64,000 nucleotides of DNA. Source: the human T2T-CHM13v2.0 reference genome, Homo sapiens. Under the pieces are notes generated by a model that ran no database searches, was not told where the DNA came from, and worked only from the letters and a program-made list of their open reading frames with translations. Shown here piece by piece: positions 48,168 to 63,699 of this stretch. The translations under genes and the position numbers were made by a program. Numbering within the stretch: the first letter of the stretch is position 1; each line of letters begins with the position of its first letter. The DNA lies in assembly GCF_009914755.1 (NCBI RefSeq), contig NC_060946.1; one strand, written 5' to 3'.

Positions 48168-48883
48168 AGTGGAGGATGGGTTTATATTGGGAAAAACCAA
48201 TCTTCTCAAACTTGGTGAAAACGACCACAGGATGCAACCCTCTGGCCTGGGACCCACCCCATCAAGTGGGTGGGGGCTGACAAGAAAACAACAGCGGCTC
48301 CTGGACAGCTCCCAGCAGGGCTCACTGCTCGGGCCCGGCCTAGCGCTGAGTGGGGCTGTTCCTGGCCCGACAGCCTCCCGAGGCTGGCTGCCAACACCGC
48401 ACCCTTCCCACCCGTGTCCTGGAAGTCCTCAGAGGAAACATCTGCCCGGAACATGACATCAGTAAATCATTAATGAGACAGTCACTACATGACATAAATC
48501 CACTTAGCGGAGCCTCACCCTCACCTAGCAACTGGGTCACCAGCAAACTAACCACTTGGTGTGACTCTTCCATTAGGACTACATGTCCCCAGAGCCTCAG
48601 AGGCCAACGTTCCCAACCAGGGACTCCACCCTTCTCCCAGAGAGAGGCAAAAACAAAACAATGTAACTGAAAACCGGGTTGTAAAAACCGGTGGAAGAGC
48701 TGGGAACAGTTAACAGGGTGTCTTTCACCTCTGTATGTAGGAGCCGAAGTGGAGCCACCAGCTGTTCAAGGGACGCCCCCTCCTGGGGGGTAAGAGGGCT
48801 CTCCAGAGCCAGTGAGGCGGGTGGGCAGGGTCCCTGTGCAGTGACACTGGTTGTTTCTGAGGCAAGCAGAACTCCTCCCTGCC

Positions 48884-49226
<343 letters not shown>

Positions 49227-49309
49227 TCAGGCCACAAGGCAAAGTCTGACTCGGGGATCTCCATCCCACACCCGCCATCAACAGCAAACACATTAAAACT
49301 AAATGCCAC

Positions 49310-49622
49310 GGCTGGGCGCAGTGGCTCACACCTGTATTCCCAGCACTCCGGGAGGCTGAGGCAGTCGGATCACCTAAGGTTGGGAGTTTGAGACCAGCCT
49401 GGCCAACATGGTGAAGCCCCATCTCTACTAAAAATACAAAAATTAGCCAGGCATGGTGGTGCACATCTGTAATCCCAGCTTCTTGGGAGGCTGAGTCATA
49501 AGAATCTCTTGAACCCAGGAGGCAGAGGTTGCAGTGAGCTGAGGTCGCACCACTGCACTCCAGCCTGCTGGACGACAGAGCAAGACTCTGCCTCAAGAAA
49601 CAAAACAAAACAAAAACAAAAA
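49310..49622 (+). mobile_element. Alu
   Basis: Dimeric Alu consensus. Confidence 0.95.
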
Positions 49623-50073
49623 CTTAAACATCAGGGAACACACACAACACACATACCAATAAGATCATGAAGAAGGAACGTCTGAAAAGTCCACCAATTG
49701 CAGTTTATTTGGAGTCTAGCCAAGTACCATTTGTATGTATGTTTCTCTCACTTTCTATTCTACCATGTGTTGAAAAGACCTATTTTTCCCTAACTGGCAG
49801 TGAAACATCATTAAATATATGTACACATATATACACACACACAATATAGCATGTACACTTAACACACGTCCATGCATGGGTACTGAGAGAGCTTGGGCAA
49901 GTCAGGGAAGACCCTTATCTGAAGGACATACCCTTGGTGCCATTTGGGAGAACAAACTCCTGTTACTAGCATCACAACAAAAACAGGTGGCAAGCTTTAA
50001 AGATAAACTCAAGACAGCGAGTGAAACTTCAGCAAATACGTGTTAATATGACCATGAGTAAAAGGCCCTTCCT

Positions 50074-50371
50074 GGCCAGGCGCGGTGGCTCACGCGTGTA
50101 ATATCAGCACTTTCAGAGGTTGAGGCAGGAGGATCACCTGAGATCAGGAATTCGAGACCAGCCTGGCCAACATGGTGAAACCCTGTCTCCACTAAAAATA
50201 CAAAAATTAGTTGGGCGTGGTGGCAGGCGCCTGTAATCCCACCTACTTGGGAGGCTGAGGCAGGAGAATCGCCTGAACCCAGGAGGTGGAGGTTGCAGTG
50301 AGCCTAGATTGTGCCTTTGCACTCCAGCCAGGGTGTTAAGAGTGAAACTCCACCTCAAAAAAAAAAAAAAA
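50074..50371 (+). mobile_element. Alu
   Basis: Full Alu; TSD aaaaggcccttcct / aaaagacccttcct. Confidence 0.95.
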
Positions 50372-50694
50372 GACCCTTCCTAAGAACAGCACTGTAACTC
50401 ATGAGTTATTACTCAGATGCATCTGTCCATCTACCCGCCAACTCAGGTCCTCTCCATACACGCCTGTAAGTCACTGGGCTACTGGGAAACTGCATGGGAA
50501 CACCATGTTCGTGCAGCCTGTCCCCACAGCCATCACTCCTCCCACAGCTCCTGGCTGCCCATGGCGCTTCCCTGCAGCAAACTCAGCTGCTGACTTCATA
50601 AAAGTCACACAGCTAGACCTGTCTGCACTCATCTGCTTCAATTTACAACAGACTCATCCACAAAGCTGAAGTGGTAGAAACAGGTCTTTTTGAA

Positions 50695-51383
<689 letters not shown>

Positions 51384-51799
51384 ATCACAGTCAAGTAAAA
51401 AGAAATGCAACTAAAAGAGCTGTCAGTTAAATACATTCCTCTCTAATGGCAGGACTAGTCTATAAGATTTTTTTTAATTTAGAGTTTTTTTAATTTTTAA
51501 ACCTTGTGAAACATCAAATTATATGCTGAAGCTGTTACTTTCTGTCAAAAAAAGTGAGTTTTTAATATGAAAATTCTGCTTAGGTTAATTTTTTTTTAAA
51601 GCAAGTTTTATACATCTGCGTGAATTGTTTCCTTTAGCACTAGTCAAACAGACTCCATAACCTTCCAAAGAAGTGCCTTCATTTATTTATGGGACTTAGG
51701 ACAGGAAAAAAGCTCTGGAAAAGGGAAATTTCAAAATAGGGCTTCAGCAGGGGCCCAGGTGGAGTGAGTAGTTTTTGATAAGGTCTGGGTGGGACTCAC

Positions 51800-52085
<286 letters not shown>

Positions 52086-52246
52086 CTACCTATCTGCCAG
52101 GTGGCTTTTGCAGCCCGGCAAACGCTCCCCAAGGCCACCATGCCTATGTGTACAACCTTGTTGTTATTGTGGACAATGTTCTCCCCTCAGAAGCTGACAA
52201 TTTATACAGGTCACCAGATCATATTTGGCAGTGACTCATTTTATAA

Positions 52247-52785
<539 letters not shown>

Positions 52786-52999
52786 TTCCTCTCCTTTTTT
52801 TTTCCCCCAAAAGAAACGCGGAGTTGGAGACAGACTTATTAGCATTGAAGGGAGAGATCTGATGAAGAGAAATGGGACCACATTGAGGCAGTGTCCTGGG
52901 AGGAGCTGTGATTTTTACCTCTATCGGTGTTAGGGGGAAAGACGTGGACCAGGGTGGTAGCCAGTGGGCTAAGGGTGAGGCTCCCACCTCACAGGGAGG

Positions 53000-53789
53000 T
53001 GGAGAGAAAGACATGGAGACAGAGAGAGAGAGACAGAGAGGCAGAAACAGACAGACCCACAGAGAGAGAGGGAAACAGAGATGAAGAGACAGAAACACAC
53101 AGACAGACAGTGATAGAAAAAGGGAGACACAGAAACAGAGGGACAGATACAGAGACGGAGAGAAAGACAGAGACAGATAGAGAGACACTAAGAGAGACAC
53201 AGAGAGAGAAAGAGATGGAGACAGAGAGACAGAGACAGAGAAGCAGAAACAGAGACAGATACACAGAGAGAGTGAGACAGAGATGAAGAGACAGAAACAC
53301 AGAGAGACAGTGATAGAAAGAGGGAGACACAGAAACAGAGGGACAGATACAGAGATGGAGAGAAAGACAGAGACAGACAGAGAGACACTAAGAGAGACAC
53401 AGAAAGAGATGGAGACAGAGAGACAGAGACAGGCAGAAACAGAGACAGACACACAGAGAGAGGGAGACAGAGATGAAGAGACAGAAACACACAGAGAGAC
53501 AGTGATAGAAAGAGGGAGACACAGAAACAGAGGGACAGATACAGAGATGGAGAGAAAGACAGAGACAGACAGAGAGACATAGAGAGAGAAAGAGATGGAG
53601 ACAGAGAAGCAGAAACAGAGACAGACACAGAGTGAGAGAGGGAGACAGAGATGAAGAGACAGCAACCCACAGAGAGACAGTGATAGAAAGAGGGAGACAC
53701 AGAAACAGAGGGACAGATACAAAGAAAGAGAGACACTAAGAGAGACACAGAGAGAGAAAGACTGACATATACATAGAAAGAGGGAGAGA
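53000..53789. repeat. Purine-rich (GAGACA/GA)n complex repeat with about 180-200-bp higher-order units
   Basis: The marker cagtgatagaaa(a/g)agggagacacagaaacagagggacagatac recurs near 53108, 53308, 53500 and 53678. Confidence 0.92.
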
Positions 53790-54124
<335 letters not shown>

Positions 54125-54754
54125 TTAGAGACATGGGGGATTTTCAGGTAAGGTGTTAGGATATGAAAGCAATGTCCTCTTCCCCTGGGGAGAGGCTAAA
54201 ATAGGGAGAGATGGGGAAGGAAATCCTTGGGGGAGCCCCAGGCATTAGTCCAACCAGGAGCACTAAGGGCCAGAACCAGAACATGTTACTTGGCCTGAGT
54301 GTGACTTCTGGTGTAAGAAAAACAGACCCTGAAGGTCTTTGTGAAACTTTAGTTTCTCCTTCTAAAGAAATGCCTGTTTATTTTACAGATGCAAAGGGTA
54401 ACCACATTAATTCCAAGGCAGTTTTCCAAAGTATTATAATGATCCCAACAAGAAAATGGCATTTCAGTTCAAATGTTACTGAGTTCCAGGGAAACGGTTA
54501 GATACCCAGGCTGTGGAACTGGGTTGGATGCAGGACTCAGGATCCAGAGACAAGGAAGGCAGCATCATAAGTCAGCCACCCATAAATGCAATATTATAAC
54601 AGTCCCAATTTCTTTTTGAGGTTTGTTCCAATCAACAGCAACTGAAACACAACTCAGACTAAGTTAGGCAGAGAAAGAAAATTATTGACTTAATATAACT
54701 GTGAGATCCTATGATGGAGCTGACTTCAGGATTCCCAAGGACTTAAGAAATCTC

Positions 54755-55114
54755 TAGATAGATAGATAGATAGAGACGTAGAGAAAAAAATAGATATAGA
54801 TAGAATAAATAGATGATAGATAAATACATAGGATAGATAAATAGCTAGATGATAGGTAATATATATAGATATGTAGATGTTTAATAGATACATAAAATAG
54901 GTAGATAAATAGGATGGATAGATACATAATTGATAGATAACTAGGACAGATAGATACATGATAGATACATTGATACACAGGATAGATAAATGATAGGTAG
55001 ATAGATAAGATGGATAGATACATAGATAAATAGATTAGATAGGAGAGATGATAGATAGATGATAGATAGATAGAATAAGATGGATGATAGATAGTCACAT
55101 AGAATAAGATGGAT

Positions 55115-55164
<50 letters not shown>

Positions 55165-55256
55165 CAGATGATAGAGAGAGGGATAGAAAGATAGGATAGA
55201 TGATGGGTAGATGGTTAGATAGATAGGATAGATGATAGATAGATAATAGATAGATT
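54755..55256. repeat. About 500-bp (TAGA/GATA)n complex microsatellite, apparently within an MLT1-like LTR remnant
   Basis: Degenerate GATA array with a perfect run of about 12 units at 55114-55163. Confidence 0.95.
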
Positions 55257-56415
55257 GAATAAATATCGTATAACTGCATAAACAAATGTATGGAAATAAG
55301 CAAATAATCATGACTTAAATAAGATGGAAGTTTGTTTCTCTCTGACATGATAGGAGGCCAGAACAAGGGGTCCAGGTTATTGTACAGATTCAAGATGTCA
55401 GGCATTTGGAATGTTGTTGCTCCACTCTTTTAGTATCTGACTTTCTACTCATGGTTCAATATGATGGCATGGTCTCCAGCCCTCACATCTCCATTGCAGC
55501 TAGCAGCAAAAGGAGAGGGAAGAGTTCACATTCACTTTTTTACGAAATTAAAGAGATTTTTATGGTCTTAATACATTCCTACTTACTTCTCATGAGCTCA
55601 AAGTTCATCATACAGTCACACAGAGCTGCAAGGGAGTCTAGGAAAAACAGTCTCAAAAAGTAGAGGTGGACAGCTTCTCAGGGATCTCCCAAGTTCTGAT
55701 GACTCTCTCAACTCTGCTTCTCTCTGGGTTCCAGACTAGATTCTCTCAGAAAAAGTCTTGGAATATAGGATGGAAAAAAAAATCCAGCTGCTGCACCTAT
55801 AGATTCACAGTCTGAGCTTCTCCCACCACCCTCTCAGTCTTTGCTGATCAAATTCAGGGGAAGGTTAACTAGCCTGTCTTGAACCGTATGTCTATCTCTG
55901 GGATAATCTCTGCACCTGAGAAAGGCTGGCTTCTCAGAGCAGATGATTTTGTTGTTGTTGTTGTTAAACTTTAAAAGATGAATCAGATGTTACAATGACT
56001 CAGGGCTGGGCAGGCAAAGTCAGAGAACTAGGAAATTGACGATGGAGTCAGAGATTGAGGTGCTGGGTGTTATGTGATGAAGTACAGACAGAGAGGCCAC
56101 ATCTTTCCATGTGTGAATTTATGAAAGATCTCAGACACTTAGGTAAGGATCCTGAACTATTCTCTGCAGTTGATGAGAAACCACCAACATTTTGTGACCA
56201 GTCATGTCAACATTTATGCTTATACATCTTAAATAGGTCTAAATGTGTTTAGACCTATTACCTTGGAACCCATGCATAGGATGGATGAGAAGGGATGGCA
56301 CTGAAGATGGAAGCCTGGAGACTCTGGCATGGGATGGATGGTGGTAATGGAGTCTTTGAACCTGGAGCATGGAGTGGGAAGGAAGAAGTGAGAAGGCATT
56401 CAAAGTCACCAGTGA

Positions 56416-56778
<363 letters not shown>

Positions 56779-56875
56779 TCACCACAGAAGCAAACTGTTG
56801 TGTCTCTTTGATGTTGAGGGAAAAATCAAACGTGACTTCAGAGCTCTAACCTGAAAGGTTGAGTGGGAAACAAAC

Positions 56876-57012
56876 TCCCAATAAAAGAACATAAATTATG
56901 TCTGGGGGAGAAAAGAAGACAAAGTTGAGTTCAGCCTTTGCTTTATTGATTCTTCTTCTGAAGGAGATTCTTCTAAAACAGGGAGTCACATTTAGCCTTT
57001 GCTCGTTCTTCT
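56876..57012 (+). repeat. Copy 1 of a dispersed direct repeat of about 137 bp
   Basis: About 90% identical to 58123-58262. Confidence 0.9.
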
Positions 57013-57589
57013 CCTCTTCCCAAAGGGGTTCTTCTAAATGCTGGGCTGAACTAGGGCTCAAACATAAGCTTCCTTCTCTCTCCAGGGGATCTCACTCAGC
57101 CCCAGGACTTGACACATCCACTCAAAATCCTAAATTCCCATCTCTGGCTTTGACATCTTTTCTCTACTTCAGATTCGTGCATGTAACTGTATCCTCAACT
57201 TCTCAGCTCAGATAAATGATTAGGGCTTCCAAGTTAACCCATCCCAAACCATCTGGAAAGCCTTCACTGGATTCACCACCACCCCTGAGAAGTGTTTTGG
57301 CAGAAGACTTTGGAAACTTTGAACTCTTCTTTCTCTTATCTCCCCCTTATACAATTCATTGGCAAGTCTCTTGAATGACCTCAAACATTTGTCAAATTGG
57401 ATCAGATTTTCCTGCCTTTGCTTTCTTCACCCTCATGCATGACATATGTCATCTGGATCATAGCCACATCCTCCTGATTGATCTCTTGGCTTCTGTCCTG
57501 GTTTCTGCTTTGATCCTGGAATTATTCTTAAGCAGAGAAATCTTTTAAAAATAGAGATGATTTTTAGCTTGTGGCCCTCATCCCTTGCT

Positions 57590-57999
57590 AATGACTAAAT
57601 AGCAAAGTTTCCCAAAATTTGTATGTTGAAGGCCTAACCACTACTAATCATGTCCCTCCAAAATGCACCATATTGAAACCCTAATCCCCAATGGGATGAT
57701 ATTAGGAGGTGAAGTCTCTGGAGGTGATGAGGTTTAGATGAGGTCATGAGGATGGGTCCTTCATGACGTGATTAGTATCCTTATAAGAAGAGCGAGAGAC
57801 ACAAAAGTGCTCTCTCTCTCTCTCTTTCTCTCTCTGAAGACACCATCTGTGAACCAGCAAGAGGACCCACTCCACACAATAAATCTGCCATACCTTGATC
57901 TCGGACTTCCCCATCTCCAGAACTGTGAGAAATCAATGGCTGTTACTTAAGCCACCCAGTCTATAATTTTTGTTATGGCAACCCGAGCTGACTAAGACA
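57590..57999 (+). mobile_element. MLT1A-type (MaLR) solo LTR inserted in an L2 remnant
   Basis: gaaaccctaatccccaatgggatgatattaggaggtg...ggtttagatgaggtcatgagg...gttatggcaacccgagctgactaagaca. Confidence 0.85.
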
Positions 58000-58122
58000 T
58001 CCCTCATGCCACTCAAAACCCGCCAATAATTTCACATCGAAGTCAGAATACAATCTGACTACTTCCCTATGGCTTCTTTGTAACTCTGTCCCTGGTCACT
58101 TGCTCCAACTGGGACTCTGTGG

Positions 58123-58262
58123 TCCCAATAAAATAACGTAAATTATGTCTGGGGAAGAAAAGAAGACAAAGTTGAGTTCAGCCTTTGCTTTACTGATTCT
58201 TCTTCTGAAGGGGGTTCTTCTAAAACAAGGAGTCGTCACGTTTAGCCTTTGCTTGTTCTTCT
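58123..58262 (+). repeat. Copy 2 of the dispersed direct repeat
   Basis: tcccaataaaa...aaattatgtctgggg.agaaaagaagacaaagttgagttcagcctttgcttta...gttcttct. Confidence 0.9.
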
Positions 58263-58334
58263 TTGCTGCCCCCTTGGGCGTCCTCCCAGTCATGCCAAAT
58301 TCATTCCTGCTGCAGACCTCCAGTACGTTACTCC

Positions 58335-58867
58335 TTCTGTGAGTGTCCTCTGGCCGCCATCACCAATGATCACATTCATATTGGCTTAAAGCAACACAAA
58401 TGTATTGTCTTACAGTGTTGTAGTTTTGAAGCCCACCCTGGGTCTCACTGGCCTAAAACCAAGGTGTCAGCAAAACTTCCCTCTTGATGCAAGTTCTGGG
58501 GGAGAATCAGTTTCCTTGCCATTTCCTGCTTCTAGGGGAATGTTTCTAGAGTATTCCTTGGCTCCTGGACCCTTCCTTGACCTTCAAAGCCAGTAGTGCA
58601 GCATCTTCTAATTTCTCTGTGACTCTGACATTTGCTTTTGTCCTAACATCACCTCCTCTGGCTCTGGCACTCCTACCTCCCTCTTACAAAGATCCTGTGA
58701 TGATCTTAGACCCAGCTGGATAATCCAGGGTCATTTCATCTCATGATTCTTAAACTAATCACATCTGCAAAATGTTTTTAGCTATGACAGGTTTTTACAG
58801 ATTTCTGGAATTAGGATGTGGATTTTTTTTTGAGGGGGTGAAGGGGGTGCTTACTCTGTCAACCACA
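58335..58867 (-). mobile_element. MLT1 (B/C/D-type) LTR, antisense
   Basis: ggcttaaagcaacacaaatgtattgtcttacagt...aaggtgtcagc...ggataatccaggg...aactaatcacatctgcaaa...ttaggatgtggat. Confidence 0.85.
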
Positions 58868-59993
58868 TGGGGATTAGGATGTAGACATCCTTGGGGCCAT
58901 TATTCTGTCTGCTACCTAGTATTCGGACATGGACATCTTTGGGACCATTATACTCTGTATCACATGAGGATTAGGACATGGGTATCTTTGGGACCATTAT
59001 TCTGTCTCCCACATGGGGATTAGGATGTGGACATCTTTGGGGCCATTATTCTGTCTGCCACGTGGGGATAAGGATGTGTACATCTTTGGGGCCATTATTC
59101 TGTCTACCACATGGGGATTAGGATGTGGACATCTTTGGGGTCATTATTCTGTCTACCACATGGGGATTAGGACGTGGACATCTTTGGGGCCATTATTCTG
59201 TCTGCCACGTGGGGATTAGGATGTGTACATCTTTGGGGCCATTATTCTGTCTATCACATGGGCATTAGGACGTGGACATCTTTGGGGCCATTATTCTGTC
59301 TGCCACATGGGGATTAGGATGTGTACATCTTTGGGGCCATTATTCTGTCTGCCACATGGGATTAGGACATGGACATATTTGAGGCCATTATTCTGTCTAC
59401 CAAATGGAGATTAGGATGTGGACATCTTTGGGGACATTATTCTGTCTCCCACATGAGGATTAGGATGTGGACATCTTTGAGGCCATTATTCTGTCTCCCA
59501 CATGGGATTAGGATGTGAAGATCTTTGGGAACATTATTGTTTCCACCACATGGGATTAGGACATGGACATCTTTGGGGCCATTATTCTGTCTACCACATG
59601 GGATTAGGATGTGGACCTCTTTGGGACCACTATTCTGTCTACCACATGGGGATTAGGACATGGATGTCTTTGGGGCCATTATTCTGTCTACCACATGGGG
59701 ATTAGGACATGGACATCTCTGGGGACATTATTCTGTCTACCACATGGGGAATAGGATGTTGGTAACATCTTTAGGGCCATTATTCTGTCTACCACATGGG
59801 GATTAGGACATGGATATCTTTGGGGCCATTATTCTGTCTACCACATGGGGATTAGGACATGGACATCTCTGGGGACATTATTCTGTCTACCACATGGGGA
59901 ATAGGATATTGGTGACATCTTTAGGGCCATTATTCTGTCTACCACATGGGGATTAGGACATGGATATCTTTGGGGCCATTATTCTGTCTACCA
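58868..59993. repeat. About 23-copy 48-52-bp minisatellite derived from the MLT1 LTR terminus
   Basis: Unit ggggattaggatgtggacatctttggggccattattctgtctaccacat, contiguous with the LTR end. Confidence 0.95.
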
Positions 59994-60391
59994 AGAGATA
60001 ATTACAACTTGGACATCTTTGGTGAAATCACTTTGTCTTCATCCTTTCTTATTCTTAGAATTCTCCTAGTGACAAACGTCTTCTTCTTCCTCAACTTCTT
60101 CTTCCCCAGCGTTCCTATGGGGCCTCCAACACTCACCAGACAGCTCCCTGACTGCATTACCCTAGATTGTATTTGGCCAAGATTCTCGGGTTTTTCTTGG
60201 TTTCTCCAAGCAGAATGGAAGCTTTAGAGGGCAGAGTGTTTGTTACTCTTTCTTATTCTAATTGTGTATTCTTATTTATTGACGTGTCTCCAGCTTTCAA
60301 GGCAGATTCTCACCCATTAGGTCTTCTATATACAATTAAATTTACCTGGAAAGTATTTCCTTCTTATTTAAAACTTTTTAAAAGTAAATTC

Positions 60392-60500
60392 ATGTATACA
60401 TATGTAACCAACCTGCATGTCGTGCACATGTACCCTAAAACTTAAAGTATAATAATAATAAAATTTTAAAAAAAGAAAGATAACAACCAAAAAACAACAA
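60392..60500 (+). mobile_element. Very short 5'-truncated L1PA insertion
   Basis: tgtatacatatgtaaccaacctgcatgtcgtgcacatgtaccctaaaacttaaagtataataat plus A-rich tail; TSD aaaagtaaattc. Confidence 0.9.
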
Positions 60501-60623
60501 AAAAGTAAATTCCAAAATTTCTATATCACATTACAAATTCACATGCCACCCATGAAGAACACATTTGCAAAATAAATGATGTCTTGAGACGAAATGAGTT
60601 TTCAATGAAGATTTTAGAGACTC

Positions 60624-60924
60624 TTTATTTTTATTTTTATTTTTTAGACAGAGTCTCACTCTGTCACCCTGGCTGTAGTGCAGTGGCGCAATCTTGGCTC
60701 ACCACAACCTCCGCCTCCCGGGTTCAAGCAATTCTCTGCCTCGGCCTCCCGAGCAGATCAGATTACAGGAACCCTTCACCTTGTCCGGCTAATTTTTGTA
60801 TTTTTAGTAGACACAGGTTTCACCTTCTTGGCCAGGCTGGTCTTGACCTCCTGACCTCAGGTAATCCCCCCACCTCGGCCTCCCAGGGTGCTAGGATTAC
60901 AGATGTGAGCCACCGTGCCTGGCC
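60624..60924 (-). mobile_element. Antisense Alu
   Basis: Reverse-complement Alu; TSD gagactcttta / gagacttttta. Confidence 0.94.
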
Positions 60925-61291
60925 GAGACTTTTTAATACATGTTTTGGTTCTAATAAAGTTCCCCATTGAGCTGTTTGGACAGATGACAGGGAAGAAATC
61001 ATTTACAATTCTCTTAACAAAACCCCCGTAAATAATAACCCATTTCCCCCCAAATAGAAAAGGGAACTATTTCACCCTGCTCTTTGAGGAAATTGAATAA
61101 ATAGTAAATGAAGTTCTGTCTGTACAGGAAGTGTGGGTACTTGGCATTACATCTAGACAAGTAAAGACACAAGTGTTTTCTTCCAAATGAATGACATGTT
61201 TAAAAACCGTCATCACCACCCTCTCTGTGATTACAAGTTTTGAGTGCCTTTTAACCACTGGGTGCTAGAAGCAAATTTCCATGTGAACACA

Positions 61292-61587
61292 CCCTCCTTC
61301 TTCTTCTCCTCCTGCTCCTCCCGCTCCTCCTCCTCCTTCTTTTCTCCTTCTCCTTCTTCTTCTTCCTCTTCTTCCTCTTCCTCCTCTCCTTCTCCTTCTT
61401 CTCCCTCTTCTCCCTCTTCCTCTTCTTCCTCCTCTCCTTCTCCTTCTTCTTTTTCCCCTTCCCCTTCCTCCTCCTTCTCCTCCTCCTCCTTCTCCTCCTC
61501 CTCCTCCTCCTCCTCTTCTTCTTCTTCTTCTTCTTTTTCTTCTTCTTCTTCTCCTTCTCCTTCTCCTCCTTCTCCTTCTCCTTCTTC
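61292..61587. repeat. About 295-bp polypyrimidine (CTC/CTT)n tract
   Basis: Almost purely C/T triplets. Confidence 0.96.
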
Positions 61588-62032
61588 ACTTCAAGTTATG
61601 GTATACATTTGCAGAACGTGCAGGTTTGTTACATAGGTATACATGCGCTATGGTGGTTTGCTGCACCTATCAACCCATCATCTAGGTTTTAAGCCCTGCC
61701 TGCATTATGTATTTGTCCTAATGCTGTCCCTCCCCTTTCCCCCAACCCCCAGACAGGCCTCAGTGTGTTATGTTCCCCTCTCTGTGTCCATGTGTTCTCA
61801 TTGTTCAACTCCCTCTTATGAGTGAGAACATGCGGTGTTTGGTTTTCTGTTCCTGTGTTAGTTTTCTGAGAATGATGGCTTCCAGCTTCATGCATGTCCC
61901 TGCAAAGGACATGAATGCATCCCTTTTTATGGCTGCATAGTATTCCATGGTGTCTATGTGCCACATTTTCTTTATTCAGTTTATCACTGATGGGCATTTG
62001 GGTTGGTTCCAAGTCTTTGCTGTTGTGAATAG
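61588..62032 (-). mobile_element. L1PA 3' UTR, antisense
   Basis: cagaacgtgcaggtttgttacataggtatacatg...tgagtgagaacatgcggtgtttggttttctgttcc...ttgggttggttccaagtctttgct. Confidence 0.93.
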
Positions 62033-62235
62033 GAGCACATCCTCCTGATTCAACAATGAGATCATCGTCCACTGTTCTGTTCAGGACTACTGAAAGGTCC
62101 CAGGCTGCTAAGACAATCTCGAATTCTCTCAACACCCCACAGCTTGTCAATACTGGAGGTATTCTGGTGATTTTTTTTTTTGGAAAGTGGCTATTTATAT
62201 ATCACAAGGTTTCTTGATTACAAAAGCAGTCAACT

Positions 62236-62791
<556 letters not shown>

Positions 62792-63030
62792 CTACCTGCT
62801 CTCTTTCCCCATTCCTGTTATATAGATTACTTCTTACCTCCCCAGGTACCCTGGAAGGTCAGGGTCTTCCCTTCTTCCTTCTATTTAAATAAAACAATAT
62901 GAGAAAACTGGTTGACAGGTGGTTCCAAGCATCAGTGGGGTGAAAAAACAATACTCTTCGTGATGTGGGTAACACCAGGAAAAAAAAATCAGTGTCTCTT
63001 GTCCATAGGTTCTCATCATTTAGCTCTCAC

Positions 63031-63678
<648 letters not shown>

Positions 63679-63699
63679 CTCCCACTTTTAACTGAAAAC

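Noticed and set aside
56876-58262. Direct repeats as LTRs of a small retroelement
   Set aside because: There are no TG...CA termini, PBS/PPT or TSD, and the interior is L2 plus an unrelated MLT1A LTR.
58868-59993. Regularly spaced repeats resembling a CRISPR array
   Set aside because: Units are head-to-tail with no unique spacers, derive from an MLT1 LTR, lie in primate DNA, and have no cas genes nearby.
61244-61636. Poly-Ser and Lys/Arg/Glu-rich ORFs
   Set aside because: They are translations of the (CTC/CTT)n tract.
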